Assembly: GCA_964496095.1 (NCBI GenBank)
Contig: CAZBWU010000001.1
Coordinates: 48,617 to 112,616, forward strand
DNA from: an uncultured Gammaproteobacteria bacterium
GTDB lineage: Bacteria; Patescibacteriota; Patescibacteriia; Magasanikbacterales; GWA2-37-8
Length of the DNA: 64,000 bases
Direction of reading: 5' to 3'
The notes beneath the pieces are model-generated. The model saw nothing but the letters and a program-made list of their open reading frames with translations. It was not told the origin of the DNA and did not search any database. Below, piece by piece: positions 1-9,546 of this stretch (positions are counted from its first letter, which is position 1; each line of letters begins with the position of its first letter). The translations under genes and the position numbers were made by a program.

Positions 1-1
1 A

Positions 2-1441
2 CTTGAATTCTTTATCTCTTCTCACGGTACGAGAAAAGGTTTGTCCGATACCGCTCTTCGTACCGCTAATGCTGGTTACCTCACCAGACGTTTGGTAGAT
101 GTGTCTCAAGATGTAATCGTCTTCCAAGATGATTGTGGTGATACTACCGGTGAAATATTCTCTATGGCTCAGTCCAAAGAAATGGGTGAAAAATTATCAG
201 AACGTATTTGGGGACGTTATGCTGTGGAAACAGTTAAGGTTGGAAATAAAATTTTAGTTAAAGAAGGCGATGCGATTGATGATCAAGTTGCTCGCGCCGT
301 AGATGAAAACAAGATTGAATCTGTCCGCGTTCGCAGTATTTTACAATGTAAAATGCAAAAAGGTATTTGTCGTAAATGTTATGGCTTCGATCTTTCCAAG
401 AACAAAGCGGTAGAGTTTGGAGTAGCGGTAGGTATTATCGCGGCTCAATCTATCGGTGAACCTGGTACTCAGCTTACTATGAGAACCTTCCATACTGGTG
501 GTGTGGCGGGTGGTGGCGATATCACTCAAGGTTTGCCTCGTGTAGATGAACTCTTTGAAGCTCGCGCTCCAAAGAAACAAGCAATGCTTGCTGAAGTGTC
601 AGGTGAAATTGAGATTGAAAAAGCTGATGGTAAGATTATTACTTCTCCAAGTGGTAAGAAAGTTTTCGAAGGTCGTCGTGGTCAAGAAATTATCCATATT
701 CATTTTTCAGGTATGGATGAGATGAAAATCAAAACCAAGGCTGAAGATGAAATCATGGTAAAAGATGGTGATTTGGTACAGCAAGATCAAACTGTCTTGG
801 TACGCGGATCATCCGGAGAAGAAATTGTCGCTAAATATCCAAGTACTGTAAAGATTGAAAAGAATACTTTGACATTATCTTATGAAGGACCTCATGTTCG
901 CGAGTATATTGTACCGCTCGGTTATAAGATTTTGGTTAAGACCGGAGATAAGGTAGAAAAAGGTGATATTTTAACAGACGGCAGTATCAATCCGCACCAA
1001 CTCTTTGAACTCAAAGGCAGAGAAGCGGTCCAGAGATATATTTTGCAAGAAGTTCAAAATATTTATTCTTCTCAAGGTCAGAAAGTTAATGACAAACACG
1101 TAGAACTTATCATCCGCCAGATGTTTAGCCGTGTCTATATTGAAGACGCCGGTGAGACAGATTTGTTGCCAGGTGAAGTGGTAGAAAAATCACAACTCGA
1201 TTTCTCTAATCGACAAGCCAAGAAAGATGGTACCAAGCTCGCAGTTGGCCGAGAATTATTCTTGGGTATTTCCAAGGTTGCTCTCTCCACTCAAAGCTTC
1301 TTGTCCGCCGCTTCCTTCCAAGAAACCGCCAAAGTTCTTATCAATACTGCTATTACCGGTAAGATTGACTACTTGGATGGTCTCAAAGAAAACGTTATTA
1401 TTGGTAGACTTATTCCAGCTGGAACTGGGTTTAAACAGTAA
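2..1441 (+). CDS. rpoC: RNA polymerase beta' subunit, C-terminal part (5' truncated by window edge)
   Basis: Frame open from base 2 (LEFFISSHGTRKGLSDTALRTA); motifs GYLTRRLVDV, AAQSIGEPGTQLTMRTFHTGG, DITQGLPRV, LSAASFQET, GLKENVIIGRLIPAGTG. Confidence 0.99.
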   Translation, partial: LEFFISSHGTRKGLSDTALRTANAGYLTRRLVDVSQDVIVFQDDCGDTTGEIFSMAQSKEMGEKLSERIWGRYAVETVKVGNKILVKEGDAIDDQVARAVDENKIESVRVRSILQCKMQKGICRKCYGFDLSKNKAVEFGVAVGIIAAQSIGEPGTQLTMRTFHTGGVAGGGDITQGLPRVDELFEARAPKKQAMLAEVSGEIEIEKADGKIITSPSGKKVFEGRRGQEIIHIHFSGMDEMKIKTKAEDEIMVKDGDLVQQDQTVLVRGSSGEEIVAKYPSTVKIEKNTLTLSYEGPHVREYIVPLGYKILVKTGDKVEKGDILTDGSINPHQLFELKGREAVQRYILQEVQNIYSSQGQKVNDKHVELIIRQMFSRVYIEDAGETDLLPGEVVEKSQLDFSNRQAKKDGTKLAVGRELFLGISKVALSTQSFLSAASFQETAKVLINTAITGKIDYLDGLKENVIIGRLIPAGTGFKQ

Positions 1442-1464
1442 GTTGGCAGTAGTAAATAGAAATA

Positions 1465-1495
1465 AAAAAGACCTGTGAAATTCACAGGTCTTTTT
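1465..1495. terminator. Bidirectional intrinsic terminator
   Basis: AAAAAGACCTGTGAA-A-TTCACAGGTCTTTTT inverted repeat between convergent genes. Confidence 0.85.
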
Positions 1496-1503
1496 AGTTT
1501 TTT

Positions 1504-2526
1504 TTATTTTTCCATCGCTTTCAAAACTTGCAAGTACATATCTTCCACAATCTTTTTTTGCGCCTCGCCAATTTTTAGATAATGGTCTAGGCCTGGCGCA
1601 GAATTGACTTCTAATACCCAATATTTTTTAGGTGGTTGGCTGATATCTCCGGCTATCATCAGATCAACCCCGCATAATCGCAGACCCATATATTTGGTAA
1701 TAACTACGGCCAGTTTTTTGAATTCAGGATGGATTGTATGAGTGACATCAATTCCGTCTCCGCCAGTGGAGAGATTGGCATTGTCTAATAGGTAAATTAT
1801 TTTGTTTTTTGGAGGGACAGATTTGAGGGTTAATTTTTGGTGTTTCAAATTTTGGACGATTCTAGTGTCGGTCATGGGTAAATGAGTGTCGCGTTTGTTG
1901 GTTATATATCCTTTGCCTTTGTTTTGTAGTAGCTGAAAGATAGAAGATTTGCCATCGCCGGTGACATTGAGGGGTATTCGTTGGTAGGCGGAGATAATCT
2001 TATTATCAAGCACAACAATGCGGTAATCTCTGCCTGTTAAAAGTTTTTGCACCAGGGCCACATCATCAAATTGGAAAATAAATTTCATGGCACGATAGAA
2101 TTCTGATTTGGTATAGACTTTGGCTACACCTCGGCCTTGGCTACTACTATTTGGTTTGACGATAACGGGCAGACCTAGTTGATTTGCGTATTTATACGCC
2201 ATTTTTATATTATCTTTTGAGTCTATAGCCTTGGCCCAAGAGTCTGAAAAAAAGGCCTTGCCTGGGACAGTGGGGAAGCCACCACGTGTGAGAAAAAAAT
2301 TGGCGTAGTCCTTGTCTTTGGCGATTTTGGATGCGCCCAAAGTATTAAGATCAAGACTGGTATGTCGCCAATAGCTGGTTTTGCCATTTTTAAAAATAAT
2401 TTGACCAACCTTATTCCATCTTGGCTCCATCACAATTTTTGCTCCGATTTGCGGGGCCACTTTTTGGAAAATTTGAGATAATAGAGTAGGTTTATGTTTG
2501 GGCATATTGCCAGCACACTCTATCAT
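1504..2526 (-). CDS. ATP-grasp ligase resembling the ATP-grasp half of cyanophycin synthetase (alternative start 2505)
   Basis: IAKDKD, PVIVKPNSSSQGRGV, GRDYRIVV, VTGDGKSSI, ANLSTGG, LRLCGVDL, LEVNSAPGL; no Mur-ligase half. Confidence 0.8.
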   Translation of the reverse strand: MIECAGNMPKHKPTLLSQIFQKVAPQIGAKIVMEPRWNKVGQIIFKNGKTSYWRHTSLDLNTLGASKIAKDKDYANFFLTRGGFPTVPGKAFFSDSWAKAIDSKDNIKMAYKYANQLGLPVIVKPNSSSQGRGVAKVYTKSEFYRAMKFIFQFDDVALVQKLLTGRDYRIVVLDNKIISAYQRIPLNVTGDGKSSIFQLLQNKGKGYITNKRDTHLPMTDTRIVQNLKHQKLTLKSVPPKNKIIYLLDNANLSTGGDGIDVTHTIHPEFKKLAVVITKYMGLRLCGVDLMIAGDISQPPKKYWVLEVNSAPGLDHYLKIGEAQKKIVEDMYLQVLKAMEK

Positions 2527-2626
2527 AGATGGTTAAATTAGGCTAGATAGAGGGATAAATTGACTGGTTTGCTACTAGCGTAGTACAATGCCAAGTATAA
2601 ATTAAAGCTTATTTAACCTATAAAAT

Positions 2627-4417
2627 ATGGTCTTCCAAATCCCGGAAACAATAGAGAAAAAGCTATCTGTAAAGCTAAAAATAGCGATGGTAATAGGGTC
2701 GGTGGTTGTACTCGTAGGCGCGACTTTTGCCGGTTATTATTTTGGGCAAAAGAAAAATGCTGTACCGCCACAGGTAGTTCAAAATAATGATAATACTGTA
2801 CCGCCAACAGGTACGGTAGGTGAGATTGTTCCAGATCCTGTTACTGTGCCAGACACAGAAAATAGTACAGAACCTAAGAAGTACGTTTTTCCTACCACTT
2901 CTTTGCCACAGGAGATTGATAAGAAAATTGTCTGGCTTGCACAACCAAAACAGGTTGAGAATTTGAAGTGGTTTGAAGGAAGTGAATATGAGATAAATGC
3001 CTCATATTATGAGGTCGGTAATTTTGAGCACCAAGGAGAAAGCGGTAGAATCATTCTTGTGCAATGGGGTGTTGAAGGTATGGGCCCCCCGCCCTATTTT
3101 CATATATTAAACTTTAAAAAAGAAATAGTTATCTTGGTAAATTATTCTGATATATATCTCCCAAAAGACAGCTCTGATTATAGTGATCTAGGTTATATAG
3201 CACAATCTATAAGTCCAGATTTCAAACAGAAGATTAAATTAAATACGGATTTTCAGATGAGCTCATTAGATTTTCCGAAAGTGATTAAGGGTTCAAATGA
3301 TAGACAGGTTCTGCAGTCGTCAGATGTTTGGTATGGATTATCACAGGAATCTAGTAATTTTACTAGTGCTTCAGATAAAAAAATAACTATATTGTCTGAT
3401 TCAAAATTTGGACAGATTTACACTTCGGTAAATACAGGCGCATTTTATTTGTACGGGGCTCATGGAGTGGAGGTAACCTATGTTCTAGTGCCTGATTTTT
3501 TTAATAGGAGTAATCATTTGGCGCAAATTGTTTGGAATGATGGTTCTTGGAATGGGTATGAATATAGCTATACCGATCGGGGAGGATGTGGTGCAAAAAA
3601 TTATATTTCTGTAATGACTTCTTCCATAAATGTGGCTACAGATTTGGAAGCGGTGGGCAAGACAAGCAAAGGAGATAAAGTCTATGAATTAAAGGATAAA
3701 AACCATTTGTTGTTAGAGAATCTTTATACCGACGGATATTTCCCTAACCAAAATGGCAATAAAGTTTCTTACGAAGAATTTATTACTTTGCGGCCATTAA
3801 TATTTTGGGTAGATCCATTTGGCAGATTGATCAAGTTGCAGAACATGCGTTTTGTGCCACAAGCCGAATGTGGTAAGCCAGTCATTTATTTATACCCAGA
3901 AAAAACATCTATTGTAGATGTAAAAGTTGAGCCCCAAGGTGGAATGACTGTTTCTGATCCGTTTTATAATGGCGGTTGGCAGGTAAAGGCAGGGCCAAAT
4001 GGCCAATTAACAGAAACAAAATCAGGCAAGCAATACCCATATCTTTTCTGGGAAGGAAGGGGCGGATTGTACCAAACACCAGAAAAAGGTTTCTTAATTA
4101 AAAAAGAGAATATAGCCAAAGAGCTTCCAGAAAAACTGACTCAACTTGGATTAAACGCCAACGAAACCAAAGACTTTATGGAGTTTTGGTATCCACGCAT
4201 GCAGGTTAAACCGTATTATTTTGTGACTTTCCTTGGTACTCAACAGATGAACCAATTGGCGCCTCTCACTATCAATCCTCGACCAGACACAGTGGTGAGA
4301 ATCCTTATGGACTTTACTCCGCTTGATAAGCCAATTGATGTTTTGCCACTATCACTTGGTCGTACACCGGAAAGAAAAGGGTTTACAGTCATTGAGTGGG
4401 GCGGTGTGATTCGGTAA
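2627..4417 (+). CDS. Membrane-anchored hypothetical protein with C-terminal KPVIYLYP-type domain
   Basis: N-terminal TM helix, P/T-rich linker, CGKPVIYLYP...YPYLFWEG...GFTVIEWGG. Confidence 0.75.
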   Translation: MVFQIPETIEKKLSVKLKIAMVIGSVVVLVGATFAGYYFGQKKNAVPPQVVQNNDNTVPPTGTVGEIVPDPVTVPDTENSTEPKKYVFPTTSLPQEIDKKIVWLAQPKQVENLKWFEGSEYEINASYYEVGNFEHQGESGRIILVQWGVEGMGPPPYFHILNFKKEIVILVNYSDIYLPKDSSDYSDLGYIAQSISPDFKQKIKLNTDFQMSSLDFPKVIKGSNDRQVLQSSDVWYGLSQESSNFTSASDKKITILSDSKFGQIYTSVNTGAFYLYGAHGVEVTYVLVPDFFNRSNHLAQIVWNDGSWNGYEYSYTDRGGCGAKNYISVMTSSINVATDLEAVGKTSKGDKVYELKDKNHLLLENLYTDGYFPNQNGNKVSYEEFITLRPLIFWVDPFGRLIKLQNMRFVPQAECGKPVIYLYPEKTSIVDVKVEPQGGMTVSDPFYNGGWQVKAGPNGQLTETKSGKQYPYLFWEGRGGLYQTPEKGFLIKKENIAKELPEKLTQLGLNANETKDFMEFWYPRMQVKPYYFVTFLGTQQMNQLAPLTINPRPDTVVRILMDFTPLDKPIDVLPLSLGRTPERKGFTVIEWGGVIR

Positions 4418-4429
4418 TAATTATAATCT

Positions 4430-6241
4430 ATGTCAGTGAAAGCAAAGATTCTCCTGTATATTTTTGGACTCGCTATTTTGGCAGGGGTGTTTGCTGTCTT
4501 TGGTTTTTGGTATCAAGCGCAAAACTCAAAGCAAAGCTTGTTTGATTTTAGTAGAGAAGTAAAAGAACAAAAATTTCATCGCGCCTATTCTATGGACGTT
4601 GGTTTTTATGATTCTTTTTTTACCAATAATAATCCAAAAGAAAAAATTGAGGATAGAGTTTTTTCAGCGGTTGTGCCACACCATTTGGTCGCAGGTAGGT
4701 ATCTGGGGTCTTTTTTTAGAAGGTTAGATTATCAATCTCCGCAGACAGTTGTGATTATAGGTCCAAATCATAAACAGATTGGTAATGACTCTATTATTTC
4801 TAGCCCACTCGCTTGGCAGACTCCATATGGAGTATTGGCGACGGATAAAAAATTGGTGGCCAGTATCACAGAGAAAAAGTTAGCAACCAACAATGAAGGA
4901 GTAATGGGTGATGAACACAGTATTTCGACCCTTGTACCATTTGTAAAAAAGACTTGGCCAAATGCAAAAATAGTACCAATAGTTCTCAAAAATAATACAA
5001 CCGAAAATCGCATAGATGAGTTGGTAAAATTACTGGCTGATTCTAAAGAAAAAATATTGGTGTTAGTAAGTGTAGATTTTTCTCATTATTTACCAAAATT
5101 AGTGGCGGATTTTCACGATGAATTATCTCTTAATGTTTTGGAAAGCGGTAGTCAAACAAATTTACAAGAATTAGAAGTAGATAGTAAACCTAGTTTGTCT
5201 GCTTTATTAAAATACAATAAATTGAAAGAAGCAGAAAACTTTACAGTTTTTTCTAATACTAACAGCGGGGAGATTATTTATAAAGATTTAGCAGAAACAA
5301 CCAGTCATATTATTGGCGCCTATACGAGTGGATTACCTAGTAAAAAACCGGTCGCATCTTTGCAATTCTTTGGAGATATTATGCTTGATAGAAGTGTGGC
5401 TAAAGTTATGAGTAGTGATGGCCTAGATTATTTGTTTGCCAATTTACACGGTCAGGAGAATAGGTTTTTTGAAGGTCAGCATATTTTGATGGCCAACTTA
5501 GAAGGGCCGTTCGCGCCAACACGTGTACCGACGACCAAGTCAATTGCTTTTCGTTTTGATCCAAAACTGGCCAAAGATTTAAAGTCCTATGGATTTGATG
5601 GATTTACTTTGGCCAATAATCACATAGTAGATATGGGATGGAAGAATGTTGATTTTACTAAGCAGGTTTTAAAAGATTCTGGTTTGGGTAGTTTTGGTAA
5701 CCAGTATGATGAAGGTGTGGATGATATCTATATAGCGGGAGAGGAACAGAATTTGCCATTTAAAATTGCTTTTATTGGTCTCAATACCGTTGGTCACGAA
5801 TTGGATATGTCAGTAGTAAAGCAGATGATAATTAAGGCCAAACAGCAAGCCAAATTTTTGATTATAAATATTCATTGGGGGCAGGAATACAGTCTAAAAT
5901 CAAATAAATTTCAGCAAGACCTTGGGCATCAGCTGATTGATATGGGGACTGACGCCATTATTGGTCACCATCCGCATGTGGTAGAGGAGATGGAAGTCTA
6001 TAATGGTCATCCAATTTTTTATTCTTTAGGTAATTTTATTTTTGATCAGTATTTTTCCAAAGAAACACAGGAAGGTATAAGCGTTGGATTAATTATAAAT
6101 GATGATGGTAGAATAAATTGGCATGTGTTTCCTTTTTTTTCCAAAAAATCTCAGGTGCAGTTGATGCTGGGCAAGCAACGAGAAGAGTTTATGGAGTGGT
6201 TTGAGAAGGATAGTCGGATAACTCATAATTTTTTACATTAA
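4430..6241 (+). CDS. MEMO1/AmmeMemoRadiSam-B domain fused to CapA-family metallophosphoesterase
   Basis: VVPHH, IIGPNH, EHSI, SVDFSHY (MEMO); GDIMLDR, NLEGP, LANNH, IHWG, GHHPHV, YSLGNFIFDQ (CapA). Confidence 0.88.
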   Translation: MSVKAKILLYIFGLAILAGVFAVFGFWYQAQNSKQSLFDFSREVKEQKFHRAYSMDVGFYDSFFTNNNPKEKIEDRVFSAVVPHHLVAGRYLGSFFRRLDYQSPQTVVIIGPNHKQIGNDSIISSPLAWQTPYGVLATDKKLVASITEKKLATNNEGVMGDEHSISTLVPFVKKTWPNAKIVPIVLKNNTTENRIDELVKLLADSKEKILVLVSVDFSHYLPKLVADFHDELSLNVLESGSQTNLQELEVDSKPSLSALLKYNKLKEAENFTVFSNTNSGEIIYKDLAETTSHIIGAYTSGLPSKKPVASLQFFGDIMLDRSVAKVMSSDGLDYLFANLHGQENRFFEGQHILMANLEGPFAPTRVPTTKSIAFRFDPKLAKDLKSYGFDGFTLANNHIVDMGWKNVDFTKQVLKDSGLGSFGNQYDEGVDDIYIAGEEQNLPFKIAFIGLNTVGHELDMSVVKQMIIKAKQQAKFLIINIHWGQEYSLKSNKFQQDLGHQLIDMGTDAIIGHHPHVVEEMEVYNGHPIFYSLGNFIFDQYFSKETQEGISVGLIINDDGRINWHVFPFFSKKSQVQLMLGKQREEFMEWFEKDSRITHNFLH

Positions 6242-6247
6242 TTTTTT

Positions 6248-6970
6248 ATGTCAGGTCATAGTAAATGGCACAACATACAAGGTAGAAAGGGGAAGCAGGA
6301 TGCTTTGCGTAGTGGGCAATTTACCAAAGTTTCCAAACTTATTACTATCGCTGCCAAAAGCGGAGGTGATCCGTCGTCTAATTTTTCTTTGCGTATTGCG
6401 GTAGATAAGGCTAGGGCGGTTGGCATGCCAAAAGACAATATTGAGCGCGCTATTAAGCGTGGCACAGGCGAGCTAGAAGGCGCGCAGATCGAAGAAGTGC
6501 TCTATGAGTGTTATGGTCCGGGTGGAGTAGCGGTACTGGTCAAATGTTTGACTGATAATAAGAATAGAGCGGTATCTGATATAAAACATATTTTTTCAGA
6601 TCATGGTGGCTCTATGGCTGGCGCTGGGAGCGTGCTGTGGATGTTTGCACAGATGGGAGTAGTGACAGTCCTCGGTTCACAGTTTTCAGTTCATAGAGAA
6701 GAAAATGAGTTGGCTTTGATTGAGGCTGGAGCTGAAGAGATAAAAGATAGCGAAGAAAATGAATTAGAGATATATACAAAAATGGAAAATTTTCAAAAAG
6801 TTTTGGGAGTTCTAAAAGAAATAGGAGTAGAAACAAAAGAATCAGGATTACAGTGGATAGCAAAGGATAAAGTTGAAGTAAATGAAGAAACCACAGAAAA
6901 ATTAGGGGCCTTGTTTTCTGAGTTAGAGGAGAATGATGATGTGGACGATTATTTTACCAACGCCGAATAA
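6248..6970 (+). CDS. yebC: YebC/PmpR family protein
   Basis: MSGHSKWHNI, MPKDNIERAI, YECYGPGGVA, TDNKNR. Confidence 0.97.
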   Translation: MSGHSKWHNIQGRKGKQDALRSGQFTKVSKLITIAAKSGGDPSSNFSLRIAVDKARAVGMPKDNIERAIKRGTGELEGAQIEEVLYECYGPGGVAVLVKCLTDNKNRAVSDIKHIFSDHGGSMAGAGSVLWMFAQMGVVTVLGSQFSVHREENELALIEAGAEEIKDSEENELEIYTKMENFQKVLGVLKEIGVETKESGLQWIAKDKVEVNEETTEKLGALFSELEENDDVDDYFTNAE

Positions 6971-7085
6971 TACATCTATACTTTTTGTCACCAAAAAGTA
7001 TCAAAAAGTGTTGGGGTGGCAGAACTTTCGCCCAAGCGGACAGGTGCTTTTTTCCTAAAACCCTTTGTGCAAGTAGCAAATATTT

Positions 7086-7592
7086 ATGAAAAATATACAC
7101 AGTGAAACTATTTTGGGAATCGATCCTGGTTTTGGCAGAGTCGGTTATGGAATAGTAAAAAAAGATGCCAAAGGCGAATGGAGAATGGTTGTTTTTGGTT
7201 GTATAGAAACTTCAGCCAAGAAAAGTTTTGTGGAGCGAATTGCCGAAATCCATGAAGAACTTGAGAAAATTATAAAAGAATATAAACCAACACGCATGGC
7301 TGTGGAGGAATTATTCTTCTTCAAGAATGTCAAAACCGCCATTGAGGTGGGGCAGGCGAGAGGGGTCATACTTCTCACCGGCGTAGAGAATCATTTGCCA
7401 ATAGACGAGTTTACACCTTTGCAGGTCAAGCAAGCGATTACCGGTTATGGACGAGCCGAAAAAGTCCAGATGCAAAAGGTAGTGAAGATGATTCTTGGAA
7501 TGAAAGAAGATATAAAATCAGATGATGCGGCTGATGCCTTGGCTGTGGCGCTCTGCGCTGGGCAGAGTTTGTGGATGAAAAATATTAAGTAG
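7086..7592 (+). CDS. ruvC: Holliday junction resolvase RuvC
   Basis: ILGIDPG, VEELFFFKN, VGQARGV, QVKQAITGYGRAEK, DDAADALAVA. Confidence 0.97.
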   Translation: MKNIHSETILGIDPGFGRVGYGIVKKDAKGEWRMVVFGCIETSAKKSFVERIAEIHEELEKIIKEYKPTRMAVEELFFFKNVKTAIEVGQARGVILLTGVENHLPIDEFTPLQVKQAITGYGRAEKVQMQKVVKMILGMKEDIKSDDAADALAVALCAGQSLWMKNIK

Positions 7593-7684
7593 GCTTATTA
7601 ATTATTTTAAATTTCTTAACTCCAAAAATTTGGGGTTAATTTTTATATTTTGTTTAAGATTAGCCAAAATAATTCAACTAACTA

Positions 7685-7713
7685 TTGACAAAACAGGTAA
7701 ATTGTGATATATT
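7685..7713 (+). promoter_or_regulatory. sigma70-type promoter for the GC-rich ORF
   Basis: TTGACA-N17-TATATT with TG extended -10. Confidence 0.7.
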
Positions 7714-7796
7714 TATCGGTCGTGCGAAGTGCAAAAGCGTACCCGAATGGGTTGCTAGCCTATCGTATTACACAACCTTTGTCGTAGGAGTTTCCA

Positions 7797-8111
7797 GTGA
7801 ACATTCGTCAGATTCTCGTTACGGTCGGGATGTTCTTTATTCTCGCTCTCGGCCTGGCCAGTCGCGTGGTGCTGGTCATCATCGTCGAAGGAAAACCGAT
7901 GATGACCAATCTGCAACAATCCCCGAGGGTCATCGAGCTGAGTTGGCCGTACCGCGTGGCGGTGACGTCCGTGGTGAACGCCAGTATCAGGTGCTGGGAT
8001 GTGGACGGTCATGTTGATTTGTTCCCCCCAGATGACTCGCTATGGGTAGTGCAGTGTTATTACTCATATGGGACGTCACGTTGTTGCCAGCGACGGAGAG
8101 ATGGGTTGTAG
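7797..8111 (+). CDS. GC-rich orphan protein with N-terminal hydrophobic segment
   Basis: GTG start 6 nt after AGGAG; promoter upstream; hairpins plus T-run at 8115-8183. Confidence 0.55.
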   Translation: MNIRQILVTVGMFFILALGLASRVVLVIIVEGKPMMTNLQQSPRVIELSWPYRVAVTSVVNASIRCWDVDGHVDLFPPDDSLWVVQCYYSYGTSRCCQRRRDGL

Positions 8112-8195
8112 TTGTGCGGGGCTTTCGCGTCCCGCCCCCGTTCTATATACGTCATGAATTGGTGTTTAGAGAACGGGTTTTTAGTTTATATTTTT

Positions 8196-8795
8196 TTAAT
8201 TTTGAGGGCTCCCTTCAGTAGTTTGTTTCAATTTTTTAAACGGAATTTTCATAGCGCTCTTAAGTTGGAAATAAAACATTAATGCAAAAAACTTTTTGAT
8301 GAGTAGGTATGATATATATGCGCTTCTGGTAATAATAAATTGTAATAATCGTAGTACAATATTAGCCGCATATTCTACATTTTCATGTTTCAAACATACT
8401 TTGGAATCAAGACGTAGTCTTGTCCCTCCCTCAATAGGTGAAAGTGTATAAAGATCATAAGTAATAGTTTGAAACCAGGTATTTTTGCCAGCACCTGATT
8501 CAAGTTCTAATAAAAAGGGTGGATTATATTGGGTGATAATCCCGTTTATTATAACGGTTATTGACTCTGTGTTTGTGTCTTGAGTCGGACCAATTTTTGT
8601 ATACTTAGTAAACTCGGCGCCAACCCCCGGTTTTCCCTTGTATTCTATTGTAGCTTTAGAGGAGGTCTGTCCCAAGTATTCAAAACTACCCCAAATTGTA
8701 ATCTTGTCTGGATCAACAAGATAAGGAAAAATTACTTCTGGTGAAGCGTGTATATCAATTTCAAAAGAGAGTTTTATAAATGGTTTTGATTCCAT
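8196..8795 (-). CDS. SRPBCC (START-like) family protein
   Basis: IDIHASPEVIFPYLVDPDKITIW and YTLSPIEGGTRL patterns. Confidence 0.7.
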   Translation of the reverse strand: MESKPFIKLSFEIDIHASPEVIFPYLVDPDKITIWGSFEYLGQTSSKATIEYKGKPGVGAEFTKYTKIGPTQDTNTESITVIINGIITQYNPPFLLELESGAGKNTWFQTITYDLYTLSPIEGGTRLRLDSKVCLKHENVEYAANIVLRLLQFIITRSAYISYLLIKKFFALMFYFQLKSAMKIPFKKLKQTTEGSPQN

Positions 8796-8801
8796 GCTGT
8801 T

Positions 8802-9233
8802 TTATTTAGAAATTTGTAATTTTCTAAAATCTTTTCTTCCGAGAATAAGTAAAAGCAAAATTGCTATTGGTAAAACTTCTTTATTCAGAGATATTTCTGC
8901 GCCCGGAGTTAGATTAAAGGCGATTTCTTTTAAATCGCTAAAGGCCAATACTGGCAAAATTAGTAAAATTAAAATAAAGCTTAAAAAATAAGCCCATCGT
9001 TTTTGCTTCCATAAGAAAAATGAGCTGATAAATAATATGAGACTTCCTCCGCCAATAAATACGGCATATATCAGCATAGCAAAATTATGTAGGGCTGCAA
9101 ATTCTCCGCCTTCTGACGGTTCGCCCAGAGAAAATGAGACGAGTATGATGTTTATGACTATGAAAACGTATAATAGGCCGACGGCGATTTTGGTTGGCAA
9201 GGAAATGTTTTGCATATTAATAATAATGATCAA
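8802..9233 (-). CDS. Hypothetical membrane protein
   Basis: About 4 hydrophobic helices; packed in a minus-strand run. Confidence 0.6.
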   Translation of the reverse strand: MIIIINMQNISLPTKIAVGLLYVFIVINIILVSFSLGEPSEGGEFAALHNFAMLIYAVFIGGGSLILFISSFFLWKQKRWAYFLSFILILLILPVLAFSDLKEIAFNLTPGAEISLNKEVLPIAILLLLILGRKDFRKLQISK

Positions 9234-9546
9234 TTAGTGGAAATGTTAGAATGATTGTTATTAAGCTTAGAATGTAGATAAGCAACCATATTGGCCAGCG
9301 TTGCGTGTATCGGACGCAGATTTTTAGAAGAATAGTTGAATTGATACTTAGGATAATAAAACAGATCCACAAAATTCGAATCATATCCAAACGAAGATCC
9401 CCATATCCGTAACCCAAGGTCGGATGAAACCAAATTAGTAAACTTAGTGAGATGAGAATTGCTACTAAAGTTAAAAGAATGTATTTTTGTATTTTCCAGA
9501 TTGATCTCATAATTTTTTTAATTTTTTCAAATTTATCTTCCGCCAA
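9217..9546 (-). CDS. Hypothetical membrane protein
   Basis: 3 hydrophobic segments; overlaps or abuts neighbours. Confidence 0.55.
   Translation of the reverse strand: MAEDKFEKIKKIMRSIWKIQKYILLTLVAILISLSLLIWFHPTLGYGYGDLRLDMIRILWICFIILSINSTILLKICVRYTQRWPIWLLIYILSLITIILTFPLIDHYY

Noticed and set aside
7685-8017. Alternative ORFs 7685-8017(+) and 7755-8012(-)
   Set aside because: The TTG 'start' at 7685 is the -35 box; only the 7797 frame has an SD and fits promoter and terminator.
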